This document shows positions 20,891 through 30,240 of a DNA stretch of 64,000 nucleotides, piece by piece. Made by a program: the position numbers and the translations under genes. The stretch spans positions 62,001 to 126,000 of IMG/VR virus record IMGVR_UViG_3300005537_000001. The stretch is one strand, 5' to 3'. The notes below the pieces were generated by a model. It did not search any database and was not told where the DNA came from. It saw only the letters and a program-made list of their open reading frames with translations. The stretch's first letter is position 1. Every line of letters starts with the position of its first letter.

Positions 20891-21157
20891 ATGCAAGATA
20901 ACACAGCAGTTTCACTCTACGTAGTCAAAAGCGGTAATGGAAATTATTTCGCTGGGTTTGACGCCGCGAAGGGTCAAGCTAACTTCGTTGATGATCCGCG
21001 CGCTGGTAAAAAGTTTACGAACAAATTTGACATCAAGCTTCGCCCAGATGAAATGCTGGTAGAACTCGTAGTAGATCTGACTACCGTTCCCGTGAAGGTT
21101 TCTGAGCCATTTCGCCCTCACCGGCGCACCCAGAAGATCGTAGCCCTACCGAAATAA
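20891..21157 (+). CDS. hypothetical protein
   Basis: AGGAG RBS. Confidence 0.7.
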   Translation: MQDNTAVSLYVVKSGNGNYFAGFDAAKGQANFVDDPRAGKKFTNKFDIKLRPDEMLVELVVDLTTVPVKVSEPFRPHRRTQKIVALPK

Positions 21158-21422
21158 ATGTTTACGCCAGGTTAACTTTGTGTTACAGTTAACCTAACGG
21201 AGATGCACTCCGGAGGTGACAACAGATGTCGATGACGGTAAGAGAGCTGATAGAGCATCTTGCTCAGTTTGAGAGCGATATGGACGTCATGTACTTGGAT
21301 GATGGTTGCGTGTTGAAGGATATACGCGCCATCGAAGTTCAGGAAGATCCATATCATTATCCAGCGTATGATCGAACAAATTCGGCAGCTGGTCGTCTTC
21401 CCGCAAACGTCGTGGTGATCGA

Positions 21423-22580
21423 ATGATCAACGTTGACCTCCTTTGGTATCTGATCGTTCCATTCCTGTTCACCATTGGAACGATTTTCATTCTCCACAAA
21501 TTTGTTGCTGGAATAAATTGGAAGCAATCGGTTGGTGCCGCGGCGATAGGATTGGTGATTACAGCCGGAATTACAGCTGGAGCATTCTACGCTGGTAAGG
21601 GATCAAAAACGGCCGACAACGAAATTTGGAACGGTGAGATGCTTTCCAAGGCGCGAGTGCACGGTTCCTACGTGAGAAGCTATTCGTGCAACTGCTACAC
21701 TACGTGCAGTGGCTCTGGAAAGAATCGATCGTGCTCACAAACATGTCAAACGTGCTACGAAGATCACTACACCGTAAAGTGGGGCTGCGATTCGAACATT
21801 GGACACTTCGGAATTGATTCGAAGGATTGGACTTCCAGCTCAGTTTATCTGGTTCCGGATCCGCCGCGCTACACGATCATCCAGAAAGGTGACCCAGTTG
21901 CGGTAGAACATTCCTATACGAACTACATCAAGGCAGTTCCGGAAACTCTGTTCCGGCCAATTCAGGCGTCGCTTAAAACCCAGTTCATGGGAAAGATTCC
22001 TGAGTATCCAATTGAGGTTTACGATTTCTACCACGTAAACCGCGTTCTTGCCGTCGACGTTCCAGTTCCCAATATTCAGCAGTGGAACGACAAGCTGGCT
22101 GAAGCGCTGAAGAAGCTTGGTCCAGCTAAGCAAGCCAACGCGGTAATCGTAATCACGAAATACGGCCCCGATTACTTTTACGCTCTGCAAGATGCGTGGC
22201 TCAACGGAAAGAAAAATGACATCGTGCTCGTCATTGGTGCTCCAGAATTTCCTGGAAAAGCAGCTTGGGTGAAGATCATGGCGCTAACCCAAGACGATAT
22301 CTTCCAAGTCAAGCTGCGCGATGACATCTTGGCGCTCGATTCACTTACCGCCGACAGCGTGATCGACACCCTCACCAAGGAAGCATACGCTACCTTCAAG
22401 CGCAAGCACATGCATGACTTCGAATATCTCAACGCCGAAATTGATCCTCCAGCTTGGGTCATGGTTGTAACCATGATTCTTATCACCGGCGCGTATCTCG
22501 GTTTTTGGTTCTACGCATTTCGAAATGGAAATGCAAGCTCTTACGGCAGGTTTGGTTCGCCGCGGTTTAGGAGATACTGA
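21423..22580 (+). CDS. membrane protein with periplasmic domain (TPM-like, tentative)
   Basis: two N-terminal TMs, Cys-rich loop, C-terminal TM. Confidence 0.7.
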   Translation: MINVDLLWYLIVPFLFTIGTIFILHKFVAGINWKQSVGAAAIGLVITAGITAGAFYAGKGSKTADNEIWNGEMLSKARVHGSYVRSYSCNCYTTCSGSGKNRSCSQTCQTCYEDHYTVKWGCDSNIGHFGIDSKDWTSSSVYLVPDPPRYTIIQKGDPVAVEHSYTNYIKAVPETLFRPIQASLKTQFMGKIPEYPIEVYDFYHVNRVLAVDVPVPNIQQWNDKLAEALKKLGPAKQANAVIVITKYGPDYFYALQDAWLNGKKNDIVLVIGAPEFPGKAAWVKIMALTQDDIFQVKLRDDILALDSLTADSVIDTLTKEAYATFKRKHMHDFEYLNAEIDPPAWVMVVTMILITGAYLGFWFYAFRNGNASSYGRFGSPRFRRY

Positions 22581-22783
22581 TGGGCTGGACGGGTGGTGCG
22601 GAAATATTCGACAAGGTGTTGGACAAGCTTTTGACCGATGCTCCCAAGGAAGAAATTATCGAAGCGTTGATTAACGCGCTTGAAGATAGAGATTGGGATA
22701 CCCAGATGGAAAGTTCCTATTTCGAGCATCCGTTGGTCAACAAAATTTTTAGGAAGTTACATCCTAGTTGGTTCTTTATCTAA
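22580..22783 (+). CDS. hypothetical protein
   Basis: TGATG coupling. Confidence 0.6.
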   Translation: MGWTGGAEIFDKVLDKLLTDAPKEEIIEALINALEDRDWDTQMESSYFEHPLVNKIFRKLHPSWFFI

Positions 22784-22795
22784 GGAGAAACGTTT

Positions 22796-23377
22796 ATGAT
22801 GAGGCAAAAAGGTGCAGTTTCAACCGGTTTAGTTGTCGCGTTGGCCGCGACGGCATTTTTATCGTTCTTGGTCTTGATTGGTTTTATTTCCTACGTGAGT
22901 GCCTACAATTACGGCAACAAGATGGAAAATCAGCTGGTCGCTGTGCAGCAGGACAACAAGAACATTCTCGCTCAATACGGGCAGAAGGTCATGGAGGTAG
23001 CTCAAGTTCCTACGATGTATCGAGATGACTTGGTCAAGGTCACATCCGCCGCGATCCAGGGTCGCTATGGCGCCGATGGTTCCAAGGCTACGTTCCAGTG
23101 GTTGAAGGAGCAGAACCCGAATCTAGATGCAAGCTTGTACAAGCAGATTCAGCAGGTGATTGAAGCTGGTCGCGACAACTTCGAGAATGGTCAGCGCGGG
23201 CAGATCGATCTACTTCGACAGTACAACACCCAGCTTGGTTCCTTCTGGGGAGGTATGTGGTTGAAGATGGCTGGTTATCCAAAGGTCAATCTTGCTGACT
23301 TCGCCATCGTGTCAACTGGACGCGCCGACGATGCCTTCAAGAATCACAAGGAAGATGGACCTATTCAGCTTCGCTAA
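22796..23377 (+). CDS. LemA-like membrane-anchored coiled-coil protein
   Basis: N-terminal anchor, YN...EN, helical body, YN...F.G...GY tail. Confidence 0.55.
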   Translation: MMRQKGAVSTGLVVALAATAFLSFLVLIGFISYVSAYNYGNKMENQLVAVQQDNKNILAQYGQKVMEVAQVPTMYRDDLVKVTSAAIQGRYGADGSKATFQWLKEQNPNLDASLYKQIQQVIEAGRDNFENGQRGQIDLLRQYNTQLGSFWGGMWLKMAGYPKVNLADFAIVSTGRADDAFKNHKEDGPIQLR

Positions 23378-23401
23378 ATTCGAGAAATCTTGTAGAGATT
23401 C

Positions 23402-23424
23402 GACGGACCGCCCTGCGGTCCGTC
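23402..23424 (+). terminator. hairpin terminator candidate
   Basis: GACGGACCG/CGGTCCGTC stem. Confidence 0.6.
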
Positions 23425-23427
23425 GTC

Positions 23428-23510
23428 ATTTAACATAATTGATTTAGCTTCAATTTAACAATAATGCAGTCAAAATTGTTGTTTACATTTCTTTCAGGTT
23501 GTGATACAAT
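23428..23510 (+). promoter_or_regulatory. paired ATTTAAC(A)ATAAT boxes plus promoter
   Basis: TTTACA...TCAGG..TGATACAAT. Confidence 0.65.
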
Positions 23511-23534
23511 AGCTTCACGTACAGATGAGGATGC

Positions 23535-23798
23535 GTGATGAAAGTTGATGATATTTCTGATGTTGGACAAAACATCATCGATGATGGAATAGTGAAAACT
23601 GAAATCATTCGATCCCGCCATGGCGATACGATCATCGTCAAAACAAAATTCAACGCCAAATTTAACCGCAGCATCGAGCACATCGAAATAGTTGGAGCTT
23701 CAATCTTGCTCCCAACCGTGCCGCCGCCTCGGTTGGGTAGAGAATACCTTGTCTCGTCACGGGAACCTTTCGACTTCTCAGGGGTTTTGAAATCATGA
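23535..23798 (+). CDS. hypothetical protein
   Basis: GAGGA RBS. Confidence 0.6.
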   Translation: MMKVDDISDVGQNIIDDGIVKTEIIRSRHGDTIIVKTKFNAKFNRSIEHIEIVGASILLPTVPPPRLGREYLVSSREPFDFSGVLKS

Positions 23799-24070
23799 TT
23801 GACAGAGAATCCACTGTAAATACTCGAACGCACCAAGTTAAATCGTTGGGCAAATACAAGTGCATCCAAATACGCGAGATTGATGGGGCGCAGTGCTATC
23901 GAAAGATGGACGAAAAGCGTAGGACGTCCCAAGATCTGGTGTGGTTGGTTGGCATCGATCGAATTCAGGGTATCAAGGTGGGAGATGAGGGAGAGATGGT
24001 CTACCTATTTTCCCACACTCGCGGCAAAAACTTCTTCACAAAGGATGAAACAACACCATGCTTTCTCTAA
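23795..24070 (+). CDS. hypothetical protein
   Basis: ATGA overlap. Confidence 0.55.
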   Translation: MIDRESTVNTRTHQVKSLGKYKCIQIREIDGAQCYRKMDEKRRTSQDLVWLVGIDRIQGIKVGDEGEMVYLFSHTRGKNFFTKDETTPCFL

Positions 24071-24182
24071 TTGTGCAGCGAATCGGCCTCTACATCGAGC
24101 GCGGAATCCTGAAATTCCAAATCGCTTGGTTGAAGAGTGAATTAGAGTTGGTTGACCGCCAGCTTGCTAAGCTTGGTGCGAC

Positions 24183-24485
24183 ATGAGAGCAAAAAAGATC
24201 GAGCGCATCGCTGAAATTCATCGAGCTCGTAATGCCACGGATGGTGCCCCGAATGGCGGCACCAGTGGTATTTTCTCAAAACCCGAACAGCTGTACGCAA
24301 GCTTGGTCGGACCGCTGATCGGGTGTTATCTACCGATGTCGAGCTCGGACATCCACGAAGCTCGCATCAACCTCAACAACTCGAAGTTGGCCAAGCTTTG
24401 GTGCGCCGTCTATCCGGAATCGGTCGTGGACGAGCAGATCAAGAAATCCGGCGGCTTCAAGCTTCCCCTGGTGAACGCGCTATGA
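24183..24485 (+). CDS. hypothetical protein
   Basis: ORF track. Confidence 0.6.
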   Translation: MRAKKIERIAEIHRARNATDGAPNGGTSGIFSKPEQLYASLVGPLIGCYLPMSSSDIHEARINLNNSKLAKLWCAVYPESVVDEQIKKSGGFKLPLVNAL

Positions 24486-24769
24486 GCCACTTCGACAAAT
24501 TTCCGATTCTCCAGCTGGCTCTCTTCGAGATGGCCTATGATAATGGAGCGATCAACCGCGAGCGAACCGAAGAGTCGGTTATCGAAAGTGGAATTGCCAG
24601 CCTCGTTGGTTATTCCGACGAAGATCTCGCGGAGGTTTCAGCTGAGCTGTCCACCCTCACGCTCGAGGAGCTGGGTACTGTCTGCACCGGTGATCAGGAC
24701 GACCCGGTTTGTAAGGCCCGCTCCGCGAAGTTGAACGATGTCCTCAACGCGCTTTTCGAGTCGCTATGA
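24482..24769 (+). CDS. acidic hypothetical protein
   Basis: ATGA overlaps. Confidence 0.6.
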   Translation: MSHFDKFPILQLALFEMAYDNGAINRERTEESVIESGIASLVGYSDEDLAEVSAELSTLTLEELGTVCTGDQDDPVCKARSAKLNDVLNALFESL

Positions 24770-25109
24770 AGTTCTCTGTCATAGCTCTCCAATACGGAAA
24801 CGCGCACTTTGGCTGGACGGGTACCGGCTATTCATCCCTAACTGAAGCTGAAATGGCCAAAAATGACCACGTCACGCGCAGCTTGAAAATCGTCGCCAGC
24901 GGGTCATTCAGTACCACGAAGGGCTACTTGATCATCAGCAGCGATGGCTCAATTCATTACTACGACAGCGAGGGTCGTTACCTCGAAGCTCACGCAATTA
25001 GGTGGCAAGCATGAAAAAGTTGTTTTCCTTGATTAGATTTCGCATTGCCCTCAAGCGCTGGCAGAAATCGCTGCGCAACGACTATGACGTGAATGATTTG
25101 GGCATCTAG

Positions 25110-25715
25110 GTGGAGATACTTTCACTGAATGAAGCCCGGGTTCTTGGCGTTCTGATAGAAAAGGAAAATATCCTACCCGGATACTACCCGCTGACCCTGA
25201 ATTCCGTTAAGCGGGGGTGCAATCAGAAAACAAATCGACACCCGATAATGCACATCTTCGAAGCTGACGTGCTAAATGCAATTCGGGGGCTGCAGTCAAT
25301 GGGACTTGTCAGCGAGTATAAAACTCGAAATGGATTTCGATATTCCCACAACGTGGCTAAGGTGTTTCACATCGCAAATCAAGCTGTTCCTCTTCTTGGG
25401 ATATTGCTGCTGCGCGGGCAGCTAACACCATCTGAGATGCGCTTGAATGTCGATCGAATCTACAAGTTCGACAATATTTCGACGATAAAGGGCTTGCTCC
25501 TACACATGTCGCGCGATCGTGAAGAGCCGCTTGTGTCACCGCTACCTCGCCAGCGCGGTGAACGTGAGATTAGATGGACTCAGCTGTTGACCGGTGATAC
25601 CGTGGAAAAAACGGAGAAGCCGGAGATGTCCATCCGCGAGATGATGGACATGGTCTTCGATTTACAGCGCAGGATAAGGGAGCTCGAGGAGGATGCCCTC
25701 GTCAGGTCAAAGTGA
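25110..25715 (+). CDS. yceH: UPF0502/YceH (DUF480) winged-helix protein
   Basis: EARVLGVL.EK...YPLTLN...CNQK.NR.P, LLLRG. Confidence 0.85.
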   Translation: MEILSLNEARVLGVLIEKENILPGYYPLTLNSVKRGCNQKTNRHPIMHIFEADVLNAIRGLQSMGLVSEYKTRNGFRYSHNVAKVFHIANQAVPLLGILLLRGQLTPSEMRLNVDRIYKFDNISTIKGLLLHMSRDREEPLVSPLPRQRGEREIRWTQLLTGDTVEKTEKPEMSIREMMDMVFDLQRRIRELEEDALVRSK

Positions 25716-25835
25716 GATGTTGTACTTGTACAGGCCTGCGTGATATAGTGTATTTCATGGTTTCTTCAGTCCATAAAACTGAAGTGGAGTACCGGGTATG
25801 ATGAGGCAATCGAATTTTTTGTTAGAGGAGATTTT

Positions 25836-26345
25836 ATGACGAAGACCTTAACAGTAGCAAGTGAAGTCCAGAAAGCGGTCTTCCTCGAGATCCTTCTCGG
25901 CGAGATCGCAACGGGGTTTTGGAAAAATGCACGACCTTCCGACCACGCGGATTCGTGGAAGGGCATTTCGGTTGTGGTTGGATCGGATCTTGGATCCAAC
26001 GGATTCGACGTACCGCGAAATTACAATTTCGTGAATCCCGATTTCTTTCGCAAGGCCGAAGAGCGGCTGATGGCATCAGCCAAGACGGTCAATCCGGATA
26101 TTACCGTGAAGCAGCTTAAGAAGCAGCTCATCTCGCTCAACCAAATTCTTGGTGCCCGTCTCAAGGAGATTGGTGGCGCGGTGACGAAGCTTCCGCGCGG
26201 CCGAAAGCAGACATCTGAAGCTGCCGTCATCAAGTCGACGAAGTCGGCAAAGTCAACCGTTCGCAAGGTAGCTGCCAACATCGTTGAGCCGACATCTGCG
26301 TCAACAGAGAAAGTTGCTCCGGTGAAGCAGGCCGAAGCAGCCTAA
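25836..26345 (+). CDS. hypothetical protein
   Basis: GAGGAG RBS; promoter at 25721-25749. Confidence 0.75.
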   Translation: MTKTLTVASEVQKAVFLEILLGEIATGFWKNARPSDHADSWKGISVVVGSDLGSNGFDVPRNYNFVNPDFFRKAEERLMASAKTVNPDITVKQLKKQLISLNQILGARLKEIGGAVTKLPRGRKQTSEAAVIKSTKSAKSTVRKVAANIVEPTSASTEKVAPVKQAEAA

Positions 26346-26365
26346 GCGTCAAGCTCGAGGCAAAC

Positions 26366-26392
26366 GAAAGGGGATCAACTTGATCCCCTTTC
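26366..26392. terminator. bidirectional terminator
   Basis: GAAAGGGGATCA/TGATCCCCTTTC between convergent genes. Confidence 0.75.
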
Positions 26393-26411
26393 CAGCTTAA
26401 AATTTTCTAAA

Positions 26412-26978
26412 CTATGAAGCTTCGTCTTCCCTGTGCTTGTCAGCTACCTTCATCGCTTCTTGATAATCCTTTCCATGACCTACAAACGTAGTTCCCTTCG
26501 TTACGTGATAAACTCCACCTTCTTTTCTCGAAAGCTTATATCCTTTGTATGTTATTTCTGCTCGTTCAAACACTTCTGCTTCGTTAGCTAAACCCTGTAC
26601 CCAATCACGTTCTGCTGCTCGAGCCATCGCGGCATTCTGCTGGTTGCTTGGTATCTTGTCAAATTTCTTTTGCGCTGATGGATTCTTTTGAGAAGCAACC
26701 CAATTCATCCATTCCTTATTTTTATCCAAAGCTTTCGTATTCTTAGCTAGAGCTCCCTGCTTTGCGGCTATAGATGTTTGCAACCCAGCTTTCTTAGCCT
26801 TGAGATCCGCAACGGCGCTTGCCTTCGCCGCGGGAGATTTGTTACCAAAGAAGGCACCGAATATTTCAGTTAGCTTCTCTTCCGAAACTTGATCTTCGGT
26901 AAGATTGGCGAGCGCGGAATATTGCTTAAACGACAATTTCATGAGTTTATCCTTAGGATGCGCTGAATGCGTGATCAT
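26412..26978 (-). CDS. hypothetical, possibly late/virion protein
   Basis: minus-strand ATAAATA upstream; AAGGA RBS. Confidence 0.65.
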   Translation of the reverse strand: MITHSAHPKDKLMKLSFKQYSALANLTEDQVSEEKLTEIFGAFFGNKSPAAKASAVADLKAKKAGLQTSIAAKQGALAKNTKALDKNKEWMNWVASQKNPSAQKKFDKIPSNQQNAAMARAAERDWVQGLANEAEVFERAEITYKGYKLSRKEGGVYHVTKGTTFVGHGKDYQEAMKVADKHREDEAS

Positions 26979-27317
26979 ATTTATCGGGCGGTTAAAATTT
27001 TGAGGTTGATTTTGACGTAAATATCCTTACCAAATCAATTCAGGTTGTAGGCAAATGCAGCTGATGGTAATGATAAGCGGCGAATACACTGAAGCTGAAC
27101 TCGAGGCGGCCAGAAAGCACATGAGCATCTTGCGCCAGCTGCACCCAGAGTGCGGGTTGGACATGATAGTGCCGCCCAACACAGCATCAGATCGTATCAT
27201 CCGCGCGATAGCTAAACCATTCGACGATCAAGGTTATCCGCTTTTGAAGGTTTCGGCGCGCGAATTCACCTCGTATAGCATAAATAATCTATCAAGCACC
27301 ATTAACTGAGAGTCAAC

Positions 27318-28052
27318 ATGAGTCTACTTCAAGATCTATTTCAGCTTAACGAAAAAGCTGCCTATGTTACGCACGCTGAAAAGGGTAACCTAAAGGCGTT
27401 CATAGACTCATTTGAAGACAAGCACAACAGTTCAGCTTCAATCTACCTCAGCGCTGCCCAGCAGAAGAAGCTCATGAAGAGCGTTGCTGACGGTCACGAG
27501 GTAAAGGTTCTCCCATTCAAGAGCGAGGATGCCGTTTACAAGGCAGAAGAGGAGCTCAAGAAGAAAGATTGGACTCTGCTTGGCGATGGAGATAACGGTG
27601 GTGGACAGGTAGAAGCTATCTTCACGCGTGATAGCATTAAGGAAGGCGAAATATTTGAATCCTCGGAATCCATCAAGAAGCTCGTGTTCAATTTCCTTGA
27701 CAACCTCGAGGACAATGGTGATGAGGCTCATACTCAATCGCTAGAGAAGCTCGCTGATGCTCTCGAAGAGCACCATGAAGAGCTTCGCGATGTTGGCACA
27801 ATGCGATTAGTTCAGAACATTCGTGCATGGCGTGAAAAGCACCCTAAGCCAGTCAAGGAAGCACGTGGTTCAGACGATCATTGGGGTCCTAATGCAGACA
27901 AGATGGTTAAGATCAAGCAAGTTTACGACATGATCATATCATCAGCATTTGAAACGTGGTATAAGAAAGATTTTGAGCATCACACAGAAGGCGAAGATGA
28001 TTCGAAGGATGAGATCGCTATCATCAACGATCTTTACAAGATGCTTCACTAG
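27318..28052 (+). CDS. hypothetical, possibly internal head protein
   Basis: charged; N-terminal ...LNE. Confidence 0.65.
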   Translation: MSLLQDLFQLNEKAAYVTHAEKGNLKAFIDSFEDKHNSSASIYLSAAQQKKLMKSVADGHEVKVLPFKSEDAVYKAEEELKKKDWTLLGDGDNGGGQVEAIFTRDSIKEGEIFESSESIKKLVFNFLDNLEDNGDEAHTQSLEKLADALEEHHEELRDVGTMRLVQNIRAWREKHPKPVKEARGSDDHWGPNADKMVKIKQVYDMIISSAFETWYKKDFEHHTEGEDDSKDEIAIINDLYKMLH

Positions 28053-28232
28053 TGAAAAATTTTACACTTGCCAACAAGCAGGCGCTGCAGTTGTTTCTGA
28101 AAACAAGCAAGAGCCAGGTAGCAGAAGTTGCATACAATCCTGGAACGGTTTCAAGCAACCCAGAAACAACCGCGGTTGCGAACGGATGGATTCAGTACTA
28201 CAAAGAAGTTAATCCTGGTTTGACTGAAGTGA

Positions 28233-28261
28233 TTTACACCAGACCAGATGCGTGATAGAAT
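28233..28261 (+). promoter_or_regulatory. sigma70-like promoter of tmRNA
   Basis: TTTACA-17-TAGAAT with TG. Confidence 0.7.
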
Positions 28262-28267
28262 AAGTTT

Positions 28268-28623
28268 GAAAACAGCGTAAACGTAGATTGCGAAAATTGG
28301 TGACACCCGGGTTCGAATCCCGGCATCTCCACCAAAAGCATCTTCTTTTGGGGCAGACCTTTGAGGAGTCGAGGTAGCAACGTAAACCCTCCAGTAAATG
28401 TTGCATTGAGGATGCTTTTGATGGGGATGATACATGGCATTCGACCATCAGTGAATAACCTTCTATGCGCTCGATAGGCGTTCGCCGTAAGCGAAGCAAA
28501 TCCAATAAAAGCTAATGATGCTTTTTTCGGGGAAGAACTACGCCTAGCGGCCTAGTCCCTGCGGGGCTTAAACCACCCTGTAACCTAACGGTTAGGGAGG
28601 AGATCAGACAAGGGTCTCCTCCC
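28268..28623 (+). ncRNA. ssrA: circularly permuted two-piece tmRNA, tag ANDAFFGEELRLAA
   Basis: T-arm and CATCTCC-ACCA at 28306-28334 precede GGGGATG at 28423; G3:U70 pair; tag 28511-28555. Confidence 0.9.
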
Positions 28624-28646
28624 GCTCCTACGCTAGGAGGCGTGAA

Positions 28647-28931
28647 TTGAAAGAAGAAAAATCCGTTCACCGGGTAACAAAGCTTGAAGTAGATATTCTA
28701 CTCATTTTCTACAACTTCTCCGATCAAAACGGAGTTGTCGATATCAAGAACGCGTCAGTTTGGGCTAAGAATAAGCTTGGCGTTGACATTCCGCAAAAGC
28801 CGTTTACGCTCACGCAAAAGCACTTTGATTTTCTCATGGATAGAGGCGTGATCCCAGATACCCGCACGATGATGCAGAACTTGTTGAATCCGAAACCACC
28901 GGTTGATATTCCGGAAGAACCATATCCTTAA
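28647..28931 (+). CDS. hypothetical protein
   Basis: AGGAGG RBS. Confidence 0.6.
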   Translation: MKEEKSVHRVTKLEVDILLIFYNFSDQNGVVDIKNASVWAKNKLGVDIPQKPFTLTQKHFDFLMDRGVIPDTRTMMQNLLNPKPPVDIPEEPYP

Positions 28932-28945
28932 AAGAGAATTTAAAT

Positions 28946-29269
28946 ATGGCAGATAAAATTAAAATTTACGTAGATTGGGAAATCGAAAGAGTAATTTTTG
29001 AGCTCGAGAAGCTCGCTTTCGAAAAAGCTCACATAGCCAATCGCGCTCGCGCGGAACGTGGTTTGAAATGGAAGGATGGTCTAGAGATAGCTACGATTGA
29101 ATGTACCGCCATTTCGATCATCCGTCAGCTTCAGCAGCAAGTAATTGATCAAGCGAAGATGGCCGCAGTTCCAAATGCAGATATCAAGATTGATCTCCCT
29201 CCTATCGTTGATAAACCGATTCCCAAACGGCGCAAGAAGCCGGTAGCTGGTGTGTTGGTGGGATCATGA
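28946..29269 (+). CDS. hypothetical protein
   Basis: ORF track. Confidence 0.6.
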   Translation: MADKIKIYVDWEIERVIFELEKLAFEKAHIANRARAERGLKWKDGLEIATIECTAISIIRQLQQQVIDQAKMAAVPNADIKIDLPPIVDKPIPKRRKKPVAGVLVGS

Positions 29270-29586
29270 TGGGTGATGGAGATACATTAACTGTTACGAT
29301 AGACGTAGCAGGTATTATCGCCGCGATCAATGCCCAAACGGCAGCTATCACCGCGCAAACTGCCGCTATAAACGCTCAGGGAGCTGCGATAGCTAGCGCG
29401 GTAGCTGTAGCCGCTGACAACGTTAAGTCGCTGGCGATCATCACCGAATATTGGCGCCAGCTTGATTTCGCATTCGGTCAACTTATAACCAAAAAGCCGG
29501 TCGATTTTCCTGGAGCTGAAGCGATAGCGCGAACGCCACCAATCGTACCTGCCCATAACACAGTTCTAACTAAAATAGAGTCATAA
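29266..29586 (+). CDS. Ala-rich protein with AI(N/T)AQ heptad-like repeats
   Basis: AAINAQTAAITAQTAAINAQ. Confidence 0.6.
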   Translation: MMGDGDTLTVTIDVAGIIAAINAQTAAITAQTAAINAQGAAIASAVAVAADNVKSLAIITEYWRQLDFAFGQLITKKPVDFPGAEAIARTPPIVPAHNTVLTKIES

Positions 29587-29587
29587 T

Positions 29588-29944
29588 ATGTCAGAAATTT
29601 CAGAAATTCTCGCGTTCAAAATGATCATAGGTGAAGAAGTAGTCGGCGAAGTAGTCGACGTGGTTAGAAGCACGTGGCTGCTTGAAGGTAAGTCGGGTAA
29701 CGGTGGTGAGATCACCGCCTACAAGGTCCGCCGTCCGCACATTCTTCGCTTTATTCAATCAGCAGGTGGTGCCAACTTGGCTTTCATTCCATGGACGCTC
29801 TGCAACCCTACCATTGAGGTCATTACCATTCCAGCTTCAGCTGTTCTTCTAACGTTTCCACCCGCCGCCAACGTTGAGAAGCAGTACATCGAGCAGACAA
29901 GCGGTATCGCTCTCGCATCTCCAGGAACGCGAATTAGCAAATAA
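29588..29944 (+). CDS. Sm-like-fold protein of T4-like phages (tentative)
   Basis: K..IGEEVVGEV...PW...Y...TSGI pattern. Confidence 0.5.
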   Translation: MSEISEILAFKMIIGEEVVGEVVDVVRSTWLLEGKSGNGGEITAYKVRRPHILRFIQSAGGANLAFIPWTLCNPTIEVITIPASAVLLTFPPAANVEKQYIEQTSGIALASPGTRISK

Positions 29945-30240
29945 TATGCAGTCAATCATCCTCATAATACTCGGTGGAATTGGTTTAGGCCTATCCTTGG
30001 AAGTTCCTCACCGTGAGAACTTTACACCTGACCACGCGGTTGGTGCCGGCGTCTGCGGAATTTTGTGGGTTATGCTCTGCTTCGCGCTAGCGATGAGGCT
30101 AACGTTTGCCGCGTAATCTACATAAATGAAGATCACGGTTACGCAGGTTAAGAGAAAGTTTACTTTTTGGGGATTCTGTATATAACTATATCAAATCAAC
30201 TAAACGCTAGTTGATCACTTCTAACCAACGTGGAGCACGT

